From the NCBI GenBank assembly GCA_038087875.1, contig JAXLNO010001028.1:1-64000 (forward strand): DNA of 64,000 nucleotides, read 5' to 3'. Shown here piece by piece: positions 49,541 to 62,540 of the stretch. The stretch is from Malacoraja senta (lineage: Eukaryota). The position numbers and the translations under genes are program-made. Position 1 is the first letter of the stretch; each line of letters starts with the position of its first letter. Below the pieces are notes generated by a model, which saw only the letters and a list, made by a program, of their open reading frames with translations, was not told the DNA's origin and searched no databases.

Positions 49541-49770
49541 TCCCTCTTTGTTCTCGGCAGCCCCTCCATGTTGGGTTCACCTGTGTTATCAACGGCCCCC
49601 CAACCCCGGGACCATCTTTGTTCTCGGCAGCCCCTCCATGTTGGGTTCACCTGTGTTATCAACGGCCCCCCAACCCCGGGACCATCTTTGTTCTCGGCAG
49701 CCACTCCATGTTGGGTTCACCTGTATTATCAGCCCCCCCCCCACCCCGAGACCCTCTTTGTTCTCGGCAG
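49541..49770. repeat. 70-bp minisatellite, ~3.3 copies
   Basis: TTCTCGGCAG recurs at 49551, 49621, 49691, 49761. Confidence 0.9.
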
Positions 49771-51977
49771 TCCTCCCTTGCCAGGTTCTTCTTTAAAATA
49801 GCTACGAAGAAGATTTATTTTCCAGGAGGTGTATGATTTGCCTGAACATTCTATTCCAGCTGTGAAGACAAGGTGAATGAATATTTTCCAGGTTGAGATA
49901 TAGAGAGTTTTAGATCAGAAATGAATCAAAGGTAGCAGGAATAATGCAGTAAACTGATCGAAATCAGATTGGACATAATGTTATTGAATGATGCAGTCTG
50001 TTCAAGGGGGCTTACAGCTGATTATTAATCTTATTTTATATAAAACATAAAAATGTTCATCTCAGGAAGAGGCCCTTTGGCCCACAATGTCTGTGGTGAA
50101 CATGATGAGATGCTAAACTGATCCCATCCAACTGCAACATGATCCATATCCCTCTATTTCCTGCAGATCAGTTTGTCAATCTAAAAGCCTCTCAAACATC
50201 ATATACATATCTTGCCTGAGATAGACACAAAAAGCTGGAGAAACTCACCGGATCTGACAGCATCTCTGGATACAAGACATAGGTGACATTTCGGGATGAG
50301 ACCCTTGTTCAGACTCCAGAAATGCTGTTTGACCCGCTGAGTTACTCCAGCTTTTTGAGCCTATCTTTGGTTTAAACCTGCATCTGCAGTTCGTTCCTAG
50401 TTATTTTGCCACTTCTCTTTGTCACATACTGTAAGCTGCATTCCTTGTTCACATACCTGATGGTGTAGTGGAGAAGTAATTGCCTTTGCATTTAATGCTT
50501 CACTCAGTGCTTCAAGTATTTGATGGGCCAGTCAACAAGGATCTTTGTTTTCAATACGAACCATGCTCTACACCACAGCTTACATAATATTGCTTAGTTT
50601 AGTTGAGTTATACAGCATGGATGCAGAGCCTTCAGCTCATCGAGTTGATACCAACCATCCAACACACCAGTTCTATGTTATCCCTCTTTCACATCTGCTT
50701 TCCATACACTAGAGCAATTTTACAAAGGCCAACTCACCTACAAACCTGTACATCATTGAGATGTGCGAGGAAACCGGAGTACCGGGAGAAATCCCACGTG
50801 GTCACAGGGAGCACATGCAAACTCCACATAGACAACATCCCAGTACCATGTCCAGTGAATATTTATGGAACATGGTAACGTATGGGGGCTGTGTTTTGTT
50901 GACCTGACAGAGCACTGGGAACAATACTCATTATCAAAAATGTGGTGTAATAGCTGTGGAAGTGTTTTATGTGCAACAGACTGAGAATTTCATTGTATAT
51001 CCACCAGTGTCATTTCTGAATTATGAGCATTTAATAAAATACTTTTGAATGAGTTTTACCAAGACGTTAGCATGCTATATACTTGTTTTGTCATTGTTAA
51101 TACTACAGACAGCTATTTACTCTATCATAAGTTCATAAGATCATAAGTGATAGGAACAGAATTAGGCCATTCGTCCCATCTACTTAGCTGTAAGGAGACA
51201 CACTCTCTACAGTAACTTTCTCACATGACTGAACTTTGAGGATCAGTTTGCACATGGTATGTTTGAGAGCTATTTCCATTTACTGGGAGACATCACAGCC
51301 TAGCCTGAACTAGACTGCATGCTACTCCATAGTTAAGGGCGAGAACAAGGCTTTTTGTCTGTCAGTCTGATATTGATTACAGTTGAATTCAGGAAACCCA
51401 ATACCAAGCACAGCCTTTCACGAGGAAAAGCAAACAAATTGTGGCATTTACTTCAAGAAATACTCACTCTCCCTATTGGACAATGTTAATGAATTCTGTT
51501 TCAAACAATGAGTTCAAACCATGCTAAACAAGTCCAAAACATTCTTAATGTAAACAAAGGAACTGCAGATGCTGGTTTAAGCCGAAGATAGACACAACAT
51601 GTTGTAGTAACTCACAGGCACAGGCAGCATCTCTGGATGGAAGGAATGGGTGATGTTTTGGGTTGAGATCCATTGGGGGGAAAAATCCTCCTGGCCTATG
51701 TGTAAATCGCATGTCAATGAGAATGGAGATGTTGACTGTGAAATGTGAGTCAGTGGGATTTGGATGGAAATGTGAACTTATAAAATTTAAAAGTAGTCTA
51801 TTGGATCTGAACACATCTTGGTCTGAAGTAGGGTCTCGACCCACAATGTCACCCATTCCTTCTCTCTAGAGATGCTGCCTGTGAGTTACTCCAGCATTTT
51901 GTGTCTGTCTTCCGTGTAAACTGGCAGTTCCTTCCAGCACATTTGGTATGTGAATCAGTATTGTGTGACTGGCTAAT

Positions 51978-52105
51978 ATTTTGAATGGGGGTGTTCTTCA
52001 GAATGGTGTTGGTGGGTGCATTTTTGAATGGGGTATGTGATTCAGAATGGTGTGAATGGAGGAATTTTTGAACGGGGCATGTGATTCAAAATGGTGTGAA
52101 CAGAT
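51978..52105. repeat. ~43-bp degenerate tandem repeat, 3 copies
   Basis: tttgaatgggg...ttcagaatggtgt units at ~51980, 52023, 52067. Confidence 0.7.
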
Positions 52106-52629
52106 CAAGCTTATCAATGACAGCTACATTTATGCAATTAATCTATATTTATCATATCTAATTTTATAACATAAATATGAACTTCAAATTGAATTAATTA
52201 CGTTCCACCCTGTTACTTGATCTTTTAGATAGTTGAGAAGATATTGAAAGAGTGCCTTGTTCACTCAAGACCCCAGGCAATAGTGGACAGTTTATCAGCA
52301 AACACTTGGCCCAGTGCCTGAGGTGCTCCAGTCACTAAGTGATGGAAATGTATTTGTCATTCCACAAATCTCACATTGTGTAAGAGGTTGGGGCTGGAGT
52401 CTCAGCCCAACAGATCAGTCAGAAGAGGTACAGGTACAGAGGCAGGGTGAATGTGTGCTTTGTAGACTATCAAATACAGAATATTACAGGTCAGGAACTC
52501 ACCCTTTGGCCCACAATGTACATGCCGAATGTAATGCCAAGATAAACTGACCTAGTCGAATGCAAACAGAAATTTTACATTCGATGAACTCTTTCACATC
52601 ATACAACCCATCTCCAATGAAAATTATCT

Positions 52630-54170
52630 CCTTCCTTCCATGACTTTTAAACATAGAAACATAAGTGCAGGAGGAGGCCATTCGGCCCTTCGAGCCAGCA
52701 CCGCCATTCATTATGATCATGGCTGATCATCCCCTATCAATAACCCATGCCTGCCTTGTCCCCATATCCCTTGACTCCACTAGCCCCTAGAGCTCTATCT
52801 AACTCTCTCTTAAATCCATCCCATGATTTGGCCTCCACTGCCCTCTGTGGCAGGGAATTCCATAAATTCACAACTCTCTGGGTGAAAAAGATTTTTCTCA
52901 CCTCAGTCTTAAATGACCTCCCCTTTATTCTAAGACTGTGGCCCCTGGTTTAGTTATGGAGTCATGGAGTGATACAGTTTTGGAACAGGCCCTTTGGCCC
53001 AACTTGTCCACAACGGCCAACATGTCCCAGCTACACTAGCCCCATCTGCCTGCCTTTGGTCCATATCCCTCCAAACCTGTCATATTAATGTACCTGTCTA
53101 ACTGTTTCTTAAACGAGGGGATAGTCCCAGCCTCAATTACCTCCTCTGGGAGCTTGTTCCATACACCCACCACACTTTGTGTGAAAAAGTTACCCTTCGG
53201 ACTCCTATTAAATCTTTTCCCATTGACCTTGAAACGATGTCATCTGGTCCTCGATTCCCCTACTCTGGGCAAAAGACTCTGTGCATCTACCCGAACTATT
53301 CCTCTCATGGTTTTGTATACCTCTTACAAGATCACCCCTCATCCTCCTGCGCTCCAAGGAATAGAGACCCAGCCTACTCAACCTCTCCCTATAACTCACA
53401 CCCTCTAGTCCTGGCAACATCCTTGTAAATATTTTCTGACCAGTTTCAACCTTCACAATATATTTCCTATAACATGGTGCCAGAACTGAAACAATATTCT
53501 AAATGCGGTCTCACCAACGTCTTATACGACTGCAACATGACCTCCCAACTTCTGTACTCATTATTCTGACTGATGAAGGACAATGTGCCAAAAGCCTTTT
53601 TGACCACCTTATCTACCTGTGACTCGACATTTAAGGAACCTTGCACTTGTACTCCTAGATCCCTCTCCTCTCAACACTCCCCAGAGACCGACCATTTACT
53701 GTGTTAGACGTCCCAAAAAGCAACACCTCACACTTCTCTGTATTAAATTCCATCAACCATTCCTCGGCCCACTGGCCAATCGATCCAGATCCTGCTGCAA
53801 TCGTTCACAACCATTGTCTACCTGCAATCATTCACAACCATCTTCACTATCTGCAAAACCACTCACTTGCGTATCATCAGCAAACTCGCTAATCTTGGAT
53901 AATTATATCATCCAAATCAATTATGTAGATGACAAACAGTAACGGGCCCAGCACCGAACCCTGAGTCACACCACTAGTCACACGCCTCCAATCAGTGAAG
54001 CAACCTTCCACCATCATCCTCTGCTTCCTTCCATGGAGCCATTTGCTATCCATTCAGCTATCTCTCCTTGGATCTCATGTGATCAAATCTTCCAGAGCAG
54101 CCTACCATGCGGAGCCTTTTCGAATACCTTTCTGAAATCCATGTACAAAACATCTACAGCTCTTTAGAGC
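52630..54170 (-). mobile_element. Adjacent CR1-type LINE 3' fragments
   Basis: FTRMLPGLEGVSYRERLSRLGLYSLE and CR1 tails (catagaaa). Confidence 0.8.
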
Positions 54171-54331
54171 TTCCACAGCTTGAGTTGTGCAAAGTCATGG
54201 AGAACACATCTCCGGTCAGTCAGCTAATTTCCATTGTGTTCAGTGTGTTGGACTGAGGGAGAAAAATGGGATTAAAGGATGAGATTCGTTCTCCAGTTGC
54301 TGTGATACATTGTAAATGGATCGATTGTAAT

Positions 54332-54533
54332 GTGTATGAAGGAACTGCAGATACTGGTTTAAACTGAAGATAGACATAAAAAAGCTGGAGTAACTCAGCG
54401 GGGCAGGCAGCATCTCTGGAGAGAAGAATTGAAGAAGGGTCTCAACCCGAAACGTCACCCATTCCTTCTCTCCAGAGATGCTGCCTGTCCTGCTGAGTTA
54501 CTCCAGCTTTTTGTGTCTATCTTCAGATCTTCA
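54332..54533. mobile_element. Fold-back Penelope-end element with degenerate 13-bp TSD
   Basis: GATCGATTGTAAT (54319-54331) vs GATCGATTACAAT (54534-54546); retains TTGAAGAAGGGTCTCAACCCGAAACGTCACC. Confidence 0.7.
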
Positions 54534-56619
54534 GATCGATTACAATCATGTATTGACTTTCTGCTGACTGGTTAGCACACAACAAAAGCTTTTCACTGTA
54601 AACAGCTTTCACTGTTTCACAATAAACTAAACTGAACTGAGACTATTAATACTTCATACCTGTGCATAAACCTGGGCAAATGAATTTTAAAATAATTCTT
54701 GACTATAACCTGCTTATGTATTCAAGTGACAGTGGTTCAATGGTACTTTATTGTCGCATATACCTGGGTTCAGTGAAATTCCTTTTTGCATACAGTTCTG
54801 TCAAACATTTACAATCCACAAGGACAATCATACTTTAGTACAAGACTACAGGAAATATAGATTACATTGAGACAATACACAAGAGTTACCACATTTCCAC
54901 TAACATTTTGCATAAATCAAAACTCCAAAGTTGTAAACAATGTAGAGATTTAACTTGACCTTATAACCTATTGCTTTGGTGGCAGCACTGGTTTGGAGCT
55001 GCAGGGTTTAGCCCACATTATTTGGTATTAGTGTAAAGTTCACAATATCAGGATTAATCTTGCATGGAACAGACACTGGTCCACGGCCCTAACTTGAATC
55101 TGACTTTATGAAATAATTGAGCATTGTACACTTGACCTGGCATTCCTTATCAAGATTACTAGAAGCGACAACCTGCCCAGCCAATGTTACCTCAAAGTGA
55201 CTATGAGTGTGATGAACATGGATTGACTTGGAACGTTTCCTGAAAGATCAGCACACATTGAAATGATAACGCAATAATTCAATGCATAGATTACTTTGCC
55301 CAGAGTAGGGGAATCGAGGACCAGAGGACATAGGTTCAAGGTGAAGGCGAAAAGATTCAATAGGTATCCGAGGGGTACACAAAGGGTGGTGGGTTTATGG
55401 AACAAGCTGCCATAGGAGGGAGTTGAGGCTGGGACTATGCTATTGTTTAAGAAACAGTTGGACGTACATGGATAGGACAGGTTTGGGGGGGATATGGACC
55501 AATCGCAGGCAAGTGGGACCGGTGTAGCTGGGACATTGGTGGCCGGTGTGGGCGAGTTGGGTCGAAGGACCTGTTTCCAAACTGTATCACTCTATGACTC
55601 TATGATATTATTACTAAAATTAATTAACGACAATCAAGTAGATTGTTTGAAGCTGTTCCCATTCCTTATGCAGATACCAAGTAACCCAATCAAGGTAAAT
55701 CAATGTTAGGTGCCTGGAAAATGTAGAGTACTCAGTAATCAAGATCTGGGACTTTAGTGACCTTCCTTCCTTCCTTCCATTATAAAGTCAAAAGTGATTG
55801 TCTGTTGTTGATTGCACAATGCTCAATTTCATTTCCTCGTTTAGTCACTGCACCACAAGCTTTAACCAGCGACAAAACACACTGCAGATACGTGTCATCT
55901 AGCCCATCAGAACATTCCAAACTCAACATCTCAAGCACAAGAACAACAAGGTCAGCAGATGTGTGAGAACCTGACCTGGGATCCATCCTGACTTAGAATT
56001 GAATCACCATTTGTTCATAATTGAGTTTGGTTTAGAGATATGTCATGCCGGCAGTTCGAAATAAACAGGTCGGGAGAGGGTAGAAGGCCGGCACAGGGGG
56101 TCGTAGAGGAGGGGGAATGTTGGATACGGAGGACGGTGTTTTCATTGGGAGGTGAGGACTCCTTCCCGTAGAAAAAGGCTCGGAAGCGGAGGCAACTGAA
56201 GAAGAGCTCTACATCATGGTAAGCCCTGAACTCGTTGAAGTGGGGGTGTAGGGATACAATGGTAAGGCCTCTGTTGAAGACTGACTGTTCTGTATCAGAA
56301 GGAAGTCGCAGGGGGGGGGGGAAGGATCCCAGACAGCTCTACCATACATTGTAGGGGCCAATGGCCGAAAGCTGGGACTGCAAACCATGTGAGTTGATGT
56401 CTTTGGCCGGCTGGTGGCCGGTGACGAGGCGAGGATCGGCGGAGTCAATGGGCCCACGACGGGCTAGAGTACAGGTGAAGGTTGGAGGCAAACATGGCCT
56501 GGAAGCTTTGTGGGCCGATGGTGGCATCGGCAACAGTGTCAGTAGGTCAGGCCTGGAAGCTCCATTAACCATTCTTCAGCCCACTTGTCTCACTGATCAA
56601 GATCCAGCTGTAATTTTTG

Positions 56620-57340
56620 ATAACTATGTTCACTGTTTATGATACCAACTATGTCAATGTCATCTGCAAAGTTTCTAATCATGCTGCACATTTTCATCTA
56701 AGTTGCTCATATAAACCATCAGCAATGGGCCCAGCACTGAACCCTGAGGGACACCTCTAGTCACAGGCCTCCTGTGTGAAAAGCACTTCCACTATCACCC
56801 TATGCTTCCTTCCATGAACCTAATTCATTGGTTAGGCAGCTAGTTCTCCCTGAATGCCATGAGCTCTAATCATCAAGGGCAGCCTACCATGCAGAAACTT
56901 ATCAAAGGCCTTGCTGAAGACCATATGCACAATGTCTATGACCTTATCATCATCAACCTTCTTGGTTACTTTTTCCAAAAACTACCAGATTGGTGAGGCA
57001 TGATCTCCCACGTCCAAAACCACGCTGACCAGCCCCCGTCTCTCCAAATGCATATTTATCTTCTCTCTCTGAATCTTCTCCAGTAACTTACCTACCGCAG
57101 ATTGTAGGCCCACTGATTTATAGTTTCTAGGTTTTGCCCTGTAGTCCTTCTTAAATAGATGCACAACAATTGCCAACCTCCAGTTATCCGGCACCTCACC
57201 CATGTCTAACAATGATTCATATCTCTCAATCAGGGCGCTTGCAATTTCTTCTCTAGCTCCCCACATTGTCCTCTGATATATGTGATCAGGTCTGGGTGAA
57301 TTATCTACTTTCATATGTCTTAGGATTTCCAGCACATCAT
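56620..57340 (-). mobile_element. Degenerate CR1-type LINE RT fragment
   Basis: VDNSPRPDHIY...VPDNWRLAIVVHLFKK...NY...GKLLE. Confidence 0.75.
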
Positions 57341-57696
57341 GTAGAAGGTACAGGAGCCTTAAAACTGTAACGCCAGGTTCAGGAATAACTTCTACCCTAC
57401 AGCCTTTAGGCTATTAAACACTACAGCCTTAAACAAGCTCTTAACTACATAGACTATTATTGTTATTGTTGCACCATTATTGTTTGTTTTTTGTGTGTAC
57501 ATACGAGTGAGTGTGTGTGTATATATATATATATATGAATATGATCTGTATATATGTGTATTTGTGAGTATGTGTATATATATACACACCCAGATATTTT
57601 TATTTCTTGTTTCTTATATTGTTTACAGTGTACTATGTTTACATATTCTGTTGTGCTTGCTGCAAGTAAGAATGTCATTGTTCTATCTAGGACATT

Positions 57697-58209
57697 TCTA
57701 TATAACTAAAAGTCTTTGGCTTGTTTGTGCCCACGGTGTGTCTCTGTGTGTGTCAATCTGGTTAATTCCTATCTTCTTCCTAATGCTAGGCCACAGCTTT
57801 CTCATTTTCACACGTCGTACTCACATTTTTCCCGTGGTGGCGATAAGCATCTTCCCGTCACATTTCCAACTATATTTCCGAAGTTATTAATCGTTAATTT
57901 TTTTTAAACAGTCTGATTTCTTCAAACTCTTCCATTTTGGAAACAAAATCCGAGTGACTTCACAATGCACTCGCAAGGTAGGACAGGGCCACTCCAGGAG
58001 GGATGGGCACTCCAGTACTCCAACCCTCCCACCCCCCTCCAGTGCACCAATCACGATGGGCTCTCAAGCTGCCGAGTGCCACACCCCCTGCCCCCTCCCC
58101 CTCATCATGATTAAAGTTTTTTTTAAAGCCAAACGGGTTGCGTTGGGGGAACGGATGAGTGCTGGAATATTTCGTTGGGGGGAGCAGACCCGGTCTGCAC
58201 TTGGTCTAG
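57697..58209 (+). mobile_element. Probable non-autonomous Helitron
   Basis: 5' TCTATATAACTAAAAG; 3' hairpin GCAGAC-CCG-GTCTGC (58184-58198) then CTAG (58206-58209) followed by T; interrupts a LINE tail (gacat|atgacaataaa) with no clear TSD. Confidence 0.55.
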
Positions 58210-59412
58210 TATGACAATAAAACAATATTGACTCTTGAATGTATATAAAGTATCTTTGGATTCTTTGCCAGAGTTGACACCAAAATTGATAAGTATATTA
58301 GGTAATGATAATTGTTGTCTAAGATTACAAAATAATGTTGATCAACCGGAAAGGTATGGAGGTGAGGGGATGGGAGTTGAGGGGGTGTGGGGAAGGAATG
58401 CCAGTTGAAATCTAACTCAAACAAGTGTGATTTGATGCCTTTTGGGAAGTCAAATCAGGGCTGGCCAAATCTATTGCAGGATTGTAAATGGAGCTGTACC
58501 TTGGTGTACAATTACATAGTTCCCTGAGAATGGCATCATAGTTTGATCGGGTAGTGAAGGGAATATATGTCTGAAGAATCGCCTCGACCCAAAACGTCAC
58601 CCATTCCTTCTCTCCAGAAATATTGCCGCTGAGTCTCTCTAGCTTTTTGTGTCTATCTTCGGTTTAAATTAGCATCTGCTGTTCATCCCTACACAGAGTA
58701 TATGTTATGCCTTGTTTCCTCAGCCATGGTACTGAGGACTAGGGTTGGGGTGTCGTGTTACAGTTGTACAGAATGTTGAACAGGCAACCATTAATCTGTC
58801 CAGGGGCTCAGCTGATTTGTTGCACAATAGACTCTAATCCAAGGTCTGAACTCTGAAAAGAAAATCAAGAAATTCAAGTTGCCACTCATCCAGGGACTGA
58901 ATAACAAAACACATCTTTGTTTTGCTTATCTGGCTTGAGAACTCTTAACATTGATCTATTTTCCTTCATAGTGTACTCCCTTTATAAAATGGCCATCCCC
59001 AGACATCTATCCTGTGTCCACACTGTTTTCCAAGGGCACCTCACCTATTTTCAGCTCTGCTCTTAACAAGGATCAATCACATTATCCCTCTCTATCTCCC
59101 TATATCTCTCTATATCTCTCTCCATCTATTTATCTCTCCATCTCTCATCCCTCAGCTCTATCTCTCTTTCCTTCATCTCTTTCATTTCTGCAAATTGAAA
59201 TAATTAATCAGTCTGAGAGCACTGTGTGTGACTGAATGACATCAGAGCATCAGTCCCTGAGGCATACCACTGGTCACAGGCTTCCTATGTAAAAAAACCC
59301 AACCCTGCACTGCCATTCTCTGACTCCTGCCACCAAGCCAACTTTGTGTCCAATTGACTAGCTCACCCTGTTTTCCAACCTAATGGACCAGCCACCCATG
59401 TGGGGCCTTGCT

Positions 59413-59728
59413 GAAGGATGGCATGGTGGCATAGTCGTAAGGCTACTGCTTTACAGTGCCAGAGACCTGGGTTCAATCCTGACTACAAGTGCTTTTCTAA
59501 ATGGAGTTTGTACGTTCTCCCCGTGACCTGCGTAGGTTTTCTCCAAGATCTTCGGTTTCCTCCCACACTTCAAAGACGTACAGGTTTGTACGTTAATTGG
59601 CTTGGTATAAAAGGTAAAATTACCCCTAGTGTGTGTAGGGTAGCGTTAAAATGCGGGGATCGCTGGTCGGTGCAGGCCCGGTGGGCTGTAGGGTCTGTTT
59701 CCTCACTGTATCTCTAAACTAAACTAAA
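59413..59728 (+). mobile_element. HE1-like SINE, full length
   Basis: Head with GGTTCAATCC, body, (ctaaa)n tail. Confidence 0.8.
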
Positions 59729-59969
59729 CATAGACAACATCTGTCATCCAATCACACACTGGGCAATTTACAAAATGCAATTAACCAACCAACTCGCATG
59801 TCTTTGAGATATAGGAGGAACGGAGCATTTGGTGGAGATCCACGTGTCATAGGGAGAACAAGAAAATGATACGTTGTACCCGAGATCAGGATTGAATCCA
59901 AGTTGCTGTAGCAGAGGGGCACCAATTCTGCCAGTTGTCTCAATGTACTGCCTTTTAAAAAGAAAATTG

Positions 59970-60287
59970 AAAGCCTATCCCACTGTACGAGGTAATTCAA
60001 GAGCTCTCCCCAGTTTAAAAAAAAATTAAACTCGTGGTAAGCACGTAGAATGTATGTAGCGGGTACGTCGGAGCTCGGGACGTCTCCTAGCGGCTCGTAA
60101 CGCTAACGGCAGGTACTCGGGAAACGCGGTAAGCTCGTGAAGACTCGTGAAGATTTTTCAACATGTTGAAAAAAGTCCACGAGAGCCCCAAGTACCTACG
60201 ACCGGCAATTACCGTAATTCTCCGAGTTCAAATCAGGGGAAACTCGGGAGAACTCTTGAATTCGCTCGTACAGTGGGACAGGGCCTT
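59970..60287. mobile_element. Harbinger-type MITE (~318 bp)
   Basis: ~40-bp imperfect TIRs AAGCCTATCCCACTGTACGAG...TTCAAGAG.TCTCCC / inverse ending GGGACAGGGCCTT, followed by TAA. Confidence 0.7.
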
Positions 60288-60334
60288 TAAGCTGTGTCTG
60301 CGTTGTCCATGCACACACTCTCAGGGCAGAATTA

Positions 60335-60635
60335 GTTTAGTTTAGTTTAGAGATACAGCCTGGAAACAGGCCTTTCGGCCTACCAAGTTTGCGAAGACCA
60401 ATGATCCCTTTACATTGGCACTATCCTACACACACTAGGTACAAATTACAATTTACAAACCAATTAACCTACAAACCTGTACGTCTTTGGAGTGTGGGAG
60501 GAAACTGGAGCACCCGGAGAAAACCCATGCGTTCACCCAACATACAAACTCCGTGCAGACCGCACCCATAGTCAGGATCGAACCCTGGTGTCTGTTGCTA
60601 TAAGGCAGCAACTCTACCGCTGCGCCACCCTGCCG
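60335..60635 (-). mobile_element. HE1-like SINE, full length
   Basis: Reverse-orientation head/body/tail. Confidence 0.8.
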
Positions 60636-61046
60636 CCCCTAAGTATAGATATAGGGAAAGATACAGCAGCCTGAAAACCGTGACAACCAGATTCAAGAAT
60701 AGCCTCTTCTCAGCAATCATCAGGCTCTTCAACACCGCACAAAACTAACTTCAGCATCTATGATCATCTACGGACTGTCTTTGAATGTAATATGAATTTA
60801 GTTTTTTGCACTATTATGATAGTCCAGTATTACAGTTATTAATTTATTGTTTTATTGGTTGTTTTATATTATCTCTGTGTTATTGCAGTTACATGCAGGT
60901 GAAGCTGCAGCAAGTCAGAATTTTGTTGTTCTATTGTTGATACATATGACAATTAAACGACTCTTACCTCACATTTGATCTTGGGTAAAGCTCACTCCAT
61001 ATTACCCCCACCATACACTCAGGAAAAGTACAAGGAACAAGTACAT

Positions 61047-62041
61047 GTTTAAGAAAGAACTGCAGATGCTGGAAAAATCCAAGGTAGACAAAAATGCTGG
61101 AGAAACTCAGCGGTGAGGCAGCATCTATGGAGCAAAGGAATAGGTGATGTTTTGGGTCGAGACCCTTCTTCAGACTGATATGGGGGTGGGGGGGCGGGAA
61201 GAAGAAAGGAAGAGGTGGAGATAGTAGGCTGTGGGAGAGCTTCGAAGGGGAGGGGAAGGAGGGAGAAAGCAAAGACTACCTGAAAATGGAGGTCAATGTT
61301 CATACCGCTGGGGTGTAAACTACCCAAGCGAAAAATGATATGCTGCTCCTCCAATTGCGGAGGGTCTTACTCTGGCCGTGGAGGAGACCCAGGACAGAAA
61401 GGTCCGATTCTGAATGGGAGGGGGAGTTGAAGTGCTGAGCCACCGGGAGATCAGGTTGGTTAATGCGGACTGAGCGGAGGTGTTGGGCGAAGCGATCGCC
61501 AAGCCTGCGCTTGGTCTCACCGATGTAGAGCAGTTGGAGGAGGGGCAGGTGAACCTCTGCCTCACTTGGAAAGACTGCTTAGGCCCTTGGATGGAGTCAA
61601 GGGGGGAGATAAAGCGACGAGTGTAGCATTTCCTGCGGTTGCAAGGGAAAGTGCCAGGGGAGGGGAAGGTTAGAGAATGGGGCTTCTTCTCTTCGACTAT
61701 AGATGAGGCTCTCACCAGGGTCTCTTCTATATCTCATTGCTCCGCTCTCATTCCCCATCCCCCCACTCGTGACAAGTCCCCCTTGTCCTCACATTCCACC
61801 CTACCAGCCGTCACATACAACAGATAATCCTCCAACATATTCGCCACCTCCAACGGGATCCCATCACTGGCCACATCTTCTCATCTTTCAGCTTTCTGCA
61901 GAGACTGCTCCCTCTGTAACTCCCTGGTCAATTTGTCCCTTCCCACCCAAGCCACCCCCTCCCCTGGTACTTTCCCTTGCCACCGCAGGAAATGCTACAC
62001 TTGTCGCTTTACCTCCCCCCTTAACTCCATCCAAGGACCTA
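61047..62041 (-). mobile_element. Penelope-like element 3' portion (GIY-YIG, 3'UTR, terminal arm) with an inverted upstream fragment
   Basis: LYIGETKRRLGDRFAQHLRS and EEQHIIFRLGSLHPSGMNID on the minus strand; 61690-62041 is a plus-strand piece of the same ORF. Confidence 0.85.
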
Positions 62042-62540
62042 GGCATGCCATGCTATCCAAACAGATTAGATATACCATACACAGATATAATCAATTAAAA
62101 GGGGAATAATATCATGCAGCATAACGATCTCAGCATTGTAGCGCATCAGTTCCAGTGAGAAAGACCAATGATCTCGGTGGATAGACGTAAATCATACTTA
62201 CCATAACCTACAGAAAAACTGTTCAGAAGCCAGATAACAGAGGGGAAGGAGCTGTCGCTGAGGCTGGTGGTACGTGCCCTTCAATCTTCTGCACCTTCTG
62301 CCAGACGGGAGCCAAACCTATCCATGCCTTTCATAATTTTACATACTTCTATCAGGGCTCCCCTCAACTAATTGGAGCAGGAAACCAATGTAGGAACTCA
62401 GTTTTGGCAATGATACAAAAATAGATGAAATGGCACGGTTTAATGAGGAAAGTATGATTTTACAACAGGATATAGATAGCTTGAGTGATTAGTCAAAACC
62501 TGGCTAATGTGTTTAATGTGGGAAACTGTGAGGTCATGCT

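Noticed and set aside
49418-49836. Repetitive ORFs and a possible CRISPR-like array
   Set aside because: Contiguous 70-bp tandem units with no unique spacers; eukaryotic context and no cas genes.
55780-55986. Possible exon (ADLVVLVLEMLSLECSDG...)
   Set aside because: No recognisable domain and no convincing splice pair.
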